A stretch of 64,000 nt of DNA, from the NCBI GenBank assembly GCA_002633005.1, contig NMRA01000569.1, positions 199,774 through 263,773 of the forward strand. The letters are read 5' to 3'. Position 1 is the stretch's first letter. Each line of letters starts with the position of its first letter. The translations under genes and the position numbers were made by a program. The notes below the pieces were generated by a model that was not told the DNA's origin, made no database searches, and was given only the letters and a program-made list of their open reading frames with translations. Positions 26,071 through 45,100 of the stretch are shown in pieces. This stretch comes from Phoronis australis. Lineage: Eukaryota; Animalia; Phoronida.

Positions 26071-26516
26071 ACTTACAAACCTGCATTAACAAACTCAAAG
26101 TAACATTAAGCAATGGTTGCACTGACATCAACCACGTTAATCAATGAAGACGAAACTAGTGAAATAATAAATCAACAGCCTGCAAGTGAGAAGTCAAGCA
26201 AACTAATTTATAAAGTCTACTTATACTTCCGTCTGATCTCATGGGGCCTCAAAACTGATGACGTCATATGTATTAATTCAACAGAAAAACTCTTTTTTTC
26301 TCTAATAATTCCAAAAATTGTTCTAAAATATGATTTTCTTTCAAATTATGACACAAATATTTATTTTTGTGCAAATTTACAATCTTTCTTGTGTAAAGAC
26401 AATGGCTTTGAGAGTATAAGCTTGTGCACAGAAGTTGATGACGGTTTTACTTCCTGTTCTAGCCGATGACTAAACTCCTGAAACGTCAATCTTGGCTCTG
26501 AGTGAATATCGTAAGT
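26071..26516. promoter_or_regulatory. Putative bidirectional promoter / first non-coding exons of the RhoGAP gene (-) and JNK (+)
   Basis: Outward-facing consensus donors: GTAAGT on minus (acttac, 26071-26076) and on plus (26511-26516). Between them lie a perfect CRE palindrome ATGACGTCAT (26258-26267) and ETS-like ACTTCC motifs near 26225 and 26449. The ATG-containing exons of both genes begin with splice acceptors, so upstream exons are required. Confidence 0.55.
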
Positions 26517-28488
26517 TATTTGACAATAGTTGTAAAATTTATTCTTTGAGATACTTAGTTACATTTTGTGTTCTGTGAGATACACGAAAAGTGAATTATG
26601 TCGTTGATAGAACGAGAAATACAATATTTATAGTTATATAAAACAGGCCGAGTGTGGACTGTGGTGGTCGTATTCTGAAGTCAAGAACAAGAATTGAAGG
26701 ATTCGCCATTCCTCCGCTTGAATATTTATTGAGCTTGTATCTTTCTGCCTCTTTCTTGATTTCAATCTTTTGTCAATTTCGTCGTTTAAGACTGCAATTT
26801 CCTTTGTTTTAATGTGCCAAACTGAAAGTTCAAAACGCACTTCAAAGGGGGATTTCCAAGTCATTATCAAAACAGTGAATCAGCGCTCTATTGATGAGGT
26901 TATGATGATTGACACATTGTAGATTTTCAAACATACAAATGTTTGGTTTGTGGTTACACGGCATTTGCCAACTATTTTTGAGATCTCAATTTTGCGGTCT
27001 AAAAACGGGCATAAACTAATTGTTTTATCTGCTATGGTAGACTTACAATAAAGTTGTGTTTTTGCTTAAAAATCGGTTGTGAGCAAGTCAGCTGTTTTAA
27101 TTCAGTGGGCCATAATATAACCACATGTTTAGAACCAGTTATCTTGTTTTCACAACAGCTGAGCTGATCGTTTCGCTGTATTATGACCCCAGTAATATTA
27201 CTCACCCAACTGAATTAGCCTTATGTTGAAATTTCTAGAAAAAGCTTGGTGAATAATTGGAGTGGGCCAGTGAGCTGATAAACTTGCAGTTTATGAATGA
27301 TACCAAGCTGTGCAGCCATGCAGACATTTATATATGCAAACATTATTCAGTAGAAATTAATACTGCTATTAAATGCAATGTTGATTTGACTATATATTCA
27401 CTATGACAATTTTTTGTTAAATAACATGCTTTTCAGTGAATGAGCATTTTGGTATTAGGAAACAACCATTTAGATGTAAATTGCGGGGTGGGGTACTGCC
27501 TTAGTGGAATCTGCATTGCTTTCTTTTCTTCCATTTTCTAAAAACCAAAGTGATGTCAATGACCAGTACTCATATGTAGGTGAATAGCTGAAGAGGTCAA
27601 ATTCCAGTAGCCTAGAGCTTAATTTTCAGGTTTTCATGTGCATAATTTACCTGGGTCAAATTTGGGCATAAATGTTCTGAAATTTTCAACATATATCTGG
27701 CAACATAGAGTACAAATACGGTAGTATGCAACAATCTATAAATCGGTCACCAATGAGTTGAGACGATAGGTCAGTAATTACCTTAAGAAGTTTCATATCA
27801 GCTGACATAAAAGTTTTGGCATGTGCTTCTCCAGTGTTGCTTTTTTACTGGAATTTTCTTACAGAGCATTCCTCGGCATTGATTTTGAACAGACGTGATA
27901 TTTTGACTTCAAAAATTCCAATTTTTAAAAACAGTGAAGCATCATGATATGGTCACAAGAAATTTTATGAAAAAGCCACGTATTACTTTGTATTAGCAGG
28001 AGTGTTTAAGATGTCAAAAGATTTTAATTCTGCAGATTTTAACTAGCGTAACATGTCTACTGAAGAAGCCAAGTACATTTGAAGAAAACAACATCTATCT
28101 GAAACACTAAAATCATCTGCCTATCCACTACCAACAGGCATTTAGGATATTTTGTGTTGTGGCGTTTTTCATGCATTAAAATTGACTGGTTTAACTTAAT
28201 GTACTAGCCAAAGTGTTGTGTGCAAGGGATTTTTTGAATTGCTCAGAATAATACGAAGACTTGATTTTATTGCTAAAAATCGTTTTATCCTAACCAAATA
28301 AATTCTAGTATGACTTAGACATTAGTTCCAGAATATAAAATATTTTTTAAGATAAACTACTGTTAGCAAATTGCACTTCGCATTTCTGGTCACATCTTTT
28401 ATGCTAATGAAAACCGTACATACTGAATAGGAACAGAATCAAAAACTTTTGATCTTCTACTCAAACTCTAACTGGATAATGCATGAGT

Positions 28489-28916
28489 AAAATGTCTTGT
28501 ATCTATGTAGCATACTATCTTGATATTGAAATGTCCTGTGTCTATGATGTTCATTATCTTGATATTGAAATGTCTTGTAATGTTCAGCATCTTGATATTG
28601 AAATGTCTTGTATCTATGATGCTCACTATCTTGATATTGAAATGTCTTGTATCTATGATGTTCAGTATCTTGATATTGAAATGTCTTGTATCTATGTAGC
28701 TCACTATCTTGATATTGAAATGTCTTGTATGTATGTAGCTCACTATCTTGATATTGAAATGTCTTGTATCTATGATGTTCAGTATCTTGATATTAAAATG
28801 TCTTGTATCTATGTAGCTCACTATCTTGATATTGAAATGTCCTGTGTCTATGATGTTCATTATCTTGATATTGAAATGTCTTGTATCTATGATGCTCACT
28901 ATCTTGATATTGAAAT
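28489..28916. repeat. 39-bp minisatellite, about 11 copies, upstream of the first coding JNK exon
   Basis: Unit aaatgtcttgtatctatgatgctcactatcttgatattg. Confidence 0.95.
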
Positions 28917-29185
28917 TTTATGTCAAAATGTCATGTTAGTTTCAAAGTCTATTCATAGAATGCACCCATTTGAGGGAGTGTCGTGCTTGAGTGTCATTGA
29001 GTTAAAGTATGTGTCAATGTTAAAAAATGCTTCAATGTAGCCTACGTTTTCATAGCATCTGATCACAAATTTGTTTTATTTCAGTTTATGAACCGCAAAT
29101 CTGGTATCAACTGGCATTTGTAGACAGCCTGGTTTCTTGCATATGATATTCAACTGTTTCTACTATGGATTTGTGACTGCTGTGA

Positions 29186-36113
<6,928 letters not shown>

Positions 36114-39084
36114 GTTGAGCAGACATGGCAATAAGATGAAGTTAGAGGCACTTAATTTCCTAAAATGTCTTATCTTCAAAGTTTACACGTGATTGGTGTT
36201 AATACAATGCAGCTCAGTTTCCTCAGCGTCTTCTTGTTCATGGTTATTAAAACTTAAATGCTGCTAAGAATGAGAAGCTTATTTTAGGATAAACGGTATG
36301 TGTTTTGAGTTCTTTTAAACGAGTGTTTGTCTTCATCGGTAAAACCCATTTGTGTCAGTAACTTTGATTTGAACTGCAAAGAAATGCCTGTGGTAGTCAT
36401 ACAGATAGATTATTAGAGGTGTATTTGTGGAGGATTTGTCCACAATAAATGCACCAGTTTTTTATTTTGGTCCTTCTGTTTGGTTGTGAAACATCATTGG
36501 GAGCACAGAGATCAATCGAAAATTGTGAAAAACGGTGTTTATTTGAATTGAAATGCGGTAAGCCATTCAGACCTGTCAGTACTCGGGTAACATCTTAAGT
36601 TGCATAGCAAGTAATATACGTGAAAATGACGCTGCCAAAAAATCAGCAGAAAATGCTAAGGTGATTTATAGGTCCTGCAAATTGACCCATAGATTTGGGC
36701 CCCTGTGGGTCAATAGAGCCATAGCTACATTTTGCAATAGGGTATGTAAGCTGTATTTGACAGTTGGCTCTGTATGCTGTGGGAAGTGTTTTCTTTTTGA
36801 CTGTAAATGTTCACAGATGNTAAAAATTGGACAATATTCTTTATTTCTTTTTCTTTGGTGTCAATATTATAGTGGCAGTTGCACATGTTGTTGAAGTTTG
36901 TGACAGACATTAAATTGCCAGTTAGTTTATATCATTCAGATGTTAAATTGAAATGTTATGTTTTCCGTATAATATGCTGGTTGAAGATAGGGTTAACCTC
37001 TTATGGGCTGCTCTGGGTCAACTGACAAAACACATTTAATTGGTTTGTAAGTCTTTTAAGTTATCACAAGAAGCCGATCAAATGTCTTTGTCAAATGAAT
37101 TGGGTAACTGGGCAACCTGTCAGTTTTCACTTAAGGTTATGTAGCGCCCTAAAAAAGTTCAAAAATAGCTGTTGAGATGTAACTTTCAAATACTATGCAT
37201 TATGGACTGGTCTCCAAAGGAATGCTAGGAATTGGTTTTAAAATGTTTCACTTTTGCACAAGGAGTTGTCAAAAATAGGACTTCTATGGTTTTCATGAAA
37301 GAAATTCAAAACTCTCAAAAATAGGACTTTCATGGTTTTCATGAAAAAAATTCAAAACTCGCATCAAACAAAATTGAAATGATAAGTGAGGAAACAGCAA
37401 CAATCTTTTTGAGATTTCATTTTGAGCAGTTATATCAAATGAAATTTTAACGTGTTATTGATATCGTTATTTTGGTTTCGATGTACCTTTCTTTTCTTTT
37501 AAGCTTTAAGTAAAAGTACAATACACAGATTTGTGGATAAGGCCCTACATAATCTGAAGTGGAGGCTTTGTTAACCCATTATTTCTTGTTGTTTAATGGG
37601 TAATTACTGAGTGATCACACTGTGTGTCCATTTTAGGATCATGCAGAACTATTTTGGTATTATTAGTATTTCTTTTTGTTCATTGGACAGCTCTGACAGT
37701 CTTTGCAGTCTGAGTAACATTTCATGACATTGCAGCCATTTGTTTTCAGTTAAATTTAAATTTTGTAATTGTGTCATTTGTATAGATGTGGCGGCAGTAA
37801 CTGCATTGTAAATTGAAAAACATCACTAATTTCAATAGAGTTGGCAAAATAATTATGAAATAAACGAGCAACTAAAAATTACCAGGTGCTGATAATGAAA
37901 CTATGGAAATTTCCACGAACCAAGAGATTGGTGATTCATAGGAGGTAAACGATTGAGTAAACTGAAAATTGTCACAGTTTGCTTTTGTTTGTTTTCATTG
38001 ATTGTGTTACCCATAGTGTTTGTGTGCTGGTTGTTTGAATCTAGGACATTGCTTACTGAACATTCACAAATTACATTGTATTGAAAAATCACCTTTTCTG
38101 TAGATAACCTCAAGCACTAACTTTAATTACTAACATCTAATAGATATAACCATTACAGGCTTGTTTGACATGTCTAGGTAGTTCATTTTCAAGTTATTTT
38201 AATCTTGTTTTCACATAACAGTTGGTACCCTGATGCTTTTACTAAAAGCTGCATTTTTAGTGCTGTGCTGTGTTGCCGAATCATTTCATATTATTTATGC
38301 ATGGATATTGTCAAGTCTGGAGAAACTTTTTACAAAGATTTTGAACAGTTTGATTGTTAGTTAATACGTCAAATAATTTTGCTGATAAAAAACATTCTAA
38401 AAAGTTAATGTTCTGGGTATTTTACCAATAAGTGTTTAACTTTCTGCTCCACCAGGTGGTAGAATATGAACACGAATACCAAAATGTTGCCAAACAAGGT
38501 ATTCTGAAACATTTTAATCCAGTATAATACAAATATAATGAGAAAATTATAAATTATTAAATATAGTAAAGGCATATCGTATAAAATGAACAGTCATTTG
38601 CAGACTTGTTTATTTTTGTGACATCGCACAAGGCAAGAACAAACTATGCTTTAATGGATTTTTGTTTACATTTTGATTTAATTTGAAATTTGTAATAAAA
38701 ATTAGTTGAGTTTGAGTGTTTAAGTATTAGTTTATGCAGTTAGCGGTTTTATTTACTCTCAGTAGATTACATGGATTCATACACCAAGTGACACCAACAT
38801 TTGGTTTTAAACCCCAGTTCTGATAAACACTACCTGAACGGCATAGTTCAATCTGTCAAAGTTGTTTGATCCGTCACTCGTGTTTGATACCGAATTGTAA
38901 AGTACAATGTGGTGGTTTATGTTCATTATGAATTTACTGTATTGATTATTCGGAATGCTTTATTTCACATTGTTATTTTTGGGCCTTTTTTCGTGTCTTA
39001 AAGCAGTTATAAGCCTGCATTCCTTCAAAGAAACTAACTTTTGACTTAGATCAGTGCAAAGAACTTTCTGTTTTTGTTCGAGAG

Positions 39085-39319
39085 CAACTTGTGGAGCCAA
39101 TCTTGACCAACTTGTAGAGCCGGTCTTAACCAACTTGTGGAGCCAGTCTTGACCAACTTTTGAAGCCGGTCTTGACCAACTTGTGGAGCCAGTCTTGACC
39201 AACTTGTGGAGCCGGTCTTGACCAACTTGTAGAGCCGATCTTGACCAACTTGTGGAGCCGATTTTGACCAACTTGTGGAGCCGATCTTGATCAACTTATA
39301 GAGCCGGTCTTGACCAACT
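39085..39319. repeat. 23-bp minisatellite, about 10 copies
   Basis: Unit gagccggtcttgaccaacttgtg. Confidence 0.95.
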
Positions 39320-39587
39320 AATAGAGTCAGCTCTTGAACAATAACCATCTACCAGTTCTTTACAAGCCCAGAACACATGTATTTTGACTAAGGAACAATT
39401 TGAGACCAAGTTTATGATGGTAACTGGTCTAAATCAAAAGTTGGTTTTTGTGACGCCAGGCAGGTTTAGAGGCACTTATAAGTTTTTATTTTTGTTTGTT
39501 GTATGTTATGAATAATGTCAAGAATGAAGTTCTCTCGGAGTCTTTCAAGGGTTGCTAAAAGCTACTTTTTATTTTCCATGTTAACAG

Positions 39588-39631
39588 ACAGTATGGGTGG
39601 ACCTGCTGCCAAGCCAAGTGGTCGTCGATGA
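39588..39631 (+). CDS. Probable terminal coding exon of JNK
   Basis: Acceptor ttttccatgttaacAG followed by (D)SMGGPAAKPSGRR and tandem TGA TGA, then UTR-like sequence with AATAAA near 40180. Frame cannot be verified because the preceding exons are missing. Confidence 0.5.
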
Positions 39632-42139
39632 TGAGAATGCCTCTCACTAACCCATTATTCCTGCATGTGAAACGTGGACAACCTGATACAACTGCGGTCC
39701 CAACTGACAGCTCTTGCTGCATGCAGTTTTAACTCGAGATTTTCCTGTAAAAATAGGAGGCTATTTCTGTATTTGTCTCGGATAGCACTGCCGTTTTAGT
39801 GGGTGTTACCAGGGAAAGTAAAACATTTGATTTTCCCTGTTGTGACTGTGAAGTAGGTAGAAACCTCAACCACATGACCAAAATGTCTTTGAATAGTTAG
39901 TTTGGATTTTCTGTGTTCAATTCTCGTCAAATGTGGTCATAAGACCAGCCTTCGTGTTGTGCAAAAGCACAGCCTCATTACAGCCAACACCGTTCACGTA
40001 ACCATGTGCAGCACCTGTACTTTTAAGAGTATTCTATCATTGTTGTGATCATTGTAAAGAGTTAGTCATACACCTGTAGTTTTTGAAAATATTTTGTTCG
40101 TGAAAACAGAACCTACCTCGGCCAAAACATCTAGTTACTATTGAAATACTTCTAGAGTAACTTTTCAGCTACTTCTGTTAATAAAAACCTTTTTTATTCT
40201 GAACTGGACATACTCTTAATTTGAATCATTTGGTTTAATGTATAGTTATTGGTTTTAAAGTTTAACTTTTTCATTCAAAATTTTAATTTTAACCAAAAAC
40301 GTGTCTATGCAATGACAGTTTATCATGATAAAATTCCTATTGCTGTTTGAAGATTTTGTTAACCCAGCGAGTTACTGGCATCTGGTTATTTGAGTGTTAC
40401 TTTGGTTTGATGCAACATGTAATTTCTGTTTGCTTTGTTTTATGTATATATTGTAAAGTTATTGTGTAAAGTACATGAAAAAGCTTTGTTAGAAAATTAA
40501 ATCTATATAATGCCAAACATGAAGTCCTTTAAAATGGCCCATTGCAAAGATTCTTTGCTTCTGGCTGGACTTAGTCAAGACATGCTAATGCTGTGTGCAA
40601 AGCTTAACCTGAGCCATTATGTAGGTTGGTAATGTAGGTTGGTAATGGGTTTTTTGATTTTGCTTTGGTCGATACAGCTCACGCCAAAAATTACTGACAA
40701 AATATAATTTCCGTCAGACCGGTCATTTTAGGTGATGTGATGAATTATGCTTGCACTCATCTGTCATGACGGGGTGTTCCGGGTCATAGTGTCAGAGTAT
40801 TAATGGCACGCATTGCAAACACAAAAGAAGACGCAGAGGTGCATTACGATCATCAATGCGGATAATTCTGCATGAACGTCTTCAGCCAATCACAATTATA
40901 CAGACACAATCTTAAACTTTATGTCATGGCATGTATGCATTTGGTGACTCAATTTCTTGACTTAACACAGTAGCCATCTTACATAAGTCACAACAGGAAA
41001 ATATTAATGGCTTCCTGATCACAGCAAAATAGTTTTAGTGTCATTTGAATCTTTGGTGCTAATGCCAGTTGCAGTATCATGGCAGTTTCTCTTGCACTAG
41101 GTTTACACTAGTGGTGTAAACACCAGCACTTCTTAGCCACAGAAACAAACTGTCAGCGTAGGGGTTTATTTACGCCAGTAGTTTTTGTTTCCTCAAAACA
41201 AGAGTTGCCATTAAGCAAAATTCTGATGTTGAAGCATATCCACTCTACCATAAACTGATAGAATGCGACAATTATCAAAACCTGGCTAGAAAAGTGCAAG
41301 TGAAAACATATCCAGCAAAGCGCTGGCAAAAGTGTCGCCAGTAAGTGTTTACATAACTGGCGTAGTCGTTACTAGCAAAAGTGCTCTTAAAAACACTGTT
41401 TTAGTCATTTTGTGACCGGGGTTTCACGAACATAAACATATTGGTATCATGATCATAGAATAAGTTAAAATGGGTTCTAGACGTTTTTGGCAGTATAAAC
41501 AAGAACAGTTCATGTTTTCAAAACACCAACAAGTTAATTCCATTGAATTTGCTTTATTTGACTTTTAAACACAAGTGGAAGCTTGAATGTCATTTTCAGA
41601 AACTGAAATTTTGCACACATAAGATTTGTTTGTAAACTGATGTCAATAATTTTGCAGTAATTTGTGGAACATGTGCATAACACAAAGACATAGATATGGA
41701 GAGAAGACGTGATTTCAAAATGACTCAAAATACACACTGGGGAAGAAAGAGTGCAAGTTGAGGATAGTTTCTCCATTCTCTAAGCACTGCTTAAATATCC
41801 CTTACACAGCAACAGTAACATAAACTGACTGGAAGACTTCAACAACCAACTGAATGCAATAAATCATTACACCATAAAAACATAATGCGCAATGCAAGTA
41901 AACACTCCCGACCTGTGGTTAAAAATAATTACTGACCCTCAGTCACTGATCACGAGTGCTCTCAAATGAATCCAACAAAAGCATTAATAAAAGCTAAACA
42001 TGATGTATGGTGGTACAGCTTGAGGACATGTAACCATTGACAAGTCTTTAATATCTGCTGTGGATCACACAGATGACCATTTTTAAAAGACACCTCAACC
42101 TTAACTACCACAGCACGAATATTTTTATGTTAACAGATG

Positions 42140-45100
42140 TTAAAACACTCTGTGTGCACACTGTAGGATGCAGTTAATAACTTGGTCATGATACTTTCTC
42201 GTTGGTGAGCCAATGTCCAGGCAGATATCAACGTGTCCACAACCAGGAAGGACTTTGAAATCTATTGGCTGTTCTGGAAGATTCCTATGAACTGTGTCCA
42301 CAAAGAGCGTGCTGGAGGTTATTGGCACTATGCTGTCATTGGTTCCATGGAGCAACACGATGTGGGGAAGGCTGCAATTAGAACAACACACGCTATTTTG
42401 TCTTATGCCCAAGTAAACTTTCAATTTCAAAGCTTCAAATTGCTCGTTTGGTCAACCTAAAAGAAAGGCAATGTGCATTTTATTACCTTTAACGCAGAAC
42501 ATCAGTGTAAAAATCAAAACAAATCGTTTTTTTATTGACAGAAATTTGCTTAGAAACAGGAGCACATCCAGGATTTTGAGTTAAGGGGGGGCAGGTCAGA
42601 GTATTAGCCAGGATTTTGCCCATTAGACATTCGCACTCCCCGAAGTGCCAAATGGAATATGGGAGAATTTTATGGGGGCCATGGCCCCCCACCTAAATCT
42701 GCCTCTGAGAAATTCTTCAACATTTACTAAGTCACCACAGCAAAAACCCACCTCCTACTCATCAGGAAGCACCACGGCTAGTTTTGTTTGAAACTCATTT
42801 TGGGTGTCTGTGTCAATGTTTAACATTAGTTTATGCTTCAAAAGGCAACAAACTAGGCCACAGAACCTAAACATGGTAGCAAAAGGATAAAACAGGCTTT
42901 GCAGGTGTTCATTTACTGCTGCAAGGGATAATGTTTCTTTTGTAATCACATAACACAATATTTTTCACTCGTAAGAAAAATCATTTCCAAATTCAACATG
43001 CACTGAGTACAGTAACTTCAGAGAATAAACCGGTATTTGGTATGTCTTGTTTTTACATAGAATTACTTGTCAAACAAAAATGCACATCCAGTTATTAAGT
43101 TCATGTCGCAATCTTACCAAGAGTTGCTTGGCAAATCTTGAACAATTTGAACAGGTGAGAACCTGTGGAAGTGCTCCGGACCGTATGAGCACCGGCCCAG
43201 GGCTTTGATGTCTTCAATGCCTTGCTCGTAATAATAGTGGTATTGCTCACCCACGTCATAAACACCTGCAATACCTAACAAAAGCAAAACACAAACGTAC
43301 ACAACAACAAAACTTAACACAAATATGGGCATCTCAAAGGGCCAGCGTTACAGGGTAGACTAATGGCCAAGGATGAGGCTAACACTGTCATGGCAACACC
43401 ATCGGACAATGGTCGATTTTCAGTAACATACTGTACCAGTGCCTGACAAGAATTGGTTTTTGCTCGATCCTTTGTGTACTGTAGATTGTCAATTGAGAAC
43501 AAATTTGAATTGACAAGAGTACAGTACAGAGAGTAGACACAGGGTACTCCTCTAAAATATGCACGACACTGGCCTGTTGACATTATGTGCCCGCACAACT
43601 TCCAGGTAACGGTTACCTTGCATTTCTAGGTAGGTCTTGCACAGTGATGGTAGGTGAATAGCGATTAAAGCATGTTGGTCCATGCATGGCTCTGGACATA
43701 CCAGAGAGATCCTCCACACACCGCATATACTCGTGCTGGTAATGCTGACCAATATTATACACTCCTGCAAGACCTTCGAATGGACACCAACAAGTTAGGG
43801 CTGCTAGCACAAAACTTTAAAATAAACGGTATGTTATAGGTTTGAGTATGCTTGAGATGTTTTCAACAGTGGCCAGGTATCCAATAGAAATCAACAAAAG
43901 AAGCAGTGGCAAGGTCAGATAAAGGTCAATTTGGTCCTCACGCAAGTCTTCACAAACACATACCTATCATTAATCATGCTTTCACAAACTGCTTACAAGA
44001 ATACCCAACCAGATTACTCTTAATGTGGGTAATTGGTAGATGCCCAGATTATATAACTATTAAGAAAAAGGACAACAATATCCGCTAAATTCTAAATATT
44101 TAAAAACATAATAAATCACAGTACATACTTAAGAAAAAACAACAATGAACTCTACTGCAAAAAATACTAAATAAAAGAAATGATTAATTTCATCATCCAT
44201 CCCTACCTATGACAGCACGAATAGACTGCATCATACAAGCCACATGTGAGCGTGGTCTGTAGTCAGACACTGACTCGGTGGTCTCCCCATTTTCTTCTGC
44301 CTCCTTTCCACCATTGAGTTCAACCACTTGGACACTGCTACCACTACTGTCAGACAACAGTGGCTGCTGATTACCACTACTGGTTGGCTCCATATTATCA
44401 CCGGTCGGTTGGGTGATAACATTCAGAGGAGCTGGAGCTGTGATGACATTAAACCCCTGCAGACTGGCACCAAGACTTGCTTCCAATAATTCGTTATTAA
44501 GGCTCTGTGTATTCTGACTTTCACTCAACACCACNTACTTCTAGTGTTTGACACTTACCTTTATTGTATTTGATGATTTGATTGTAACAAGGGCTGGAGG
44601 CCTAGTTATTGAATAAATATATATATATATATGTATACCTATTATTAATCATGCTTTCACAAACTGCTTACAAGAATATCCAACCAGATTACTCTTAATG
44701 TGGGTAATTGGTAGACGCCCAGATCATATAACTATTAAGAAAAAGGACAACAATATCCGCTAAATTCTAAATATTTAAAAACAAAATAAACCACAGTACA
44801 AACTTAAGAAAAAACAACAATGAACTCTACTTCAAAAAATACTAAATAAAAGAAATGATTAATTTCATCATCCATCCCTACCTATGACAGCACGAATAGA
44901 CTGCATCATACAAGCCACATGTGAGCGTGGTCTGTAGTCAGACACTGACTCGGTGGTCTCCCCATGTTCTTCTGCCTCCTTTCCACCATTGAGTTCAACC
45001 ACTTGGACACTGCTACCACTACTGTCAGACAACAGTGGCTGCTGATTACCACTACTGGTTGGCTCCATATTATCACCGGTCGGTTGGGTGATAACATTCA

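Noticed and set aside
28468-29040. Repetitive ORFs (143 aa and 185 aa) on both strands
   Set aside because: They result from a 39-bp minisatellite whose unit length is a multiple of 3; no splice or homology support.
39085-39319. CRISPR-like regular repeats (also 34428-34520 and 62873-63108)
   Set aside because: Head-to-tail tandem units with no unique spacers, no cas genes, and a eukaryotic context.
44193-44534. Second hydrolase paralog or a further alternative exon
   Set aside because: Truncated exactly at an N, has no acceptor, and is near-identical to exon 4; most simply an assembly artefact.
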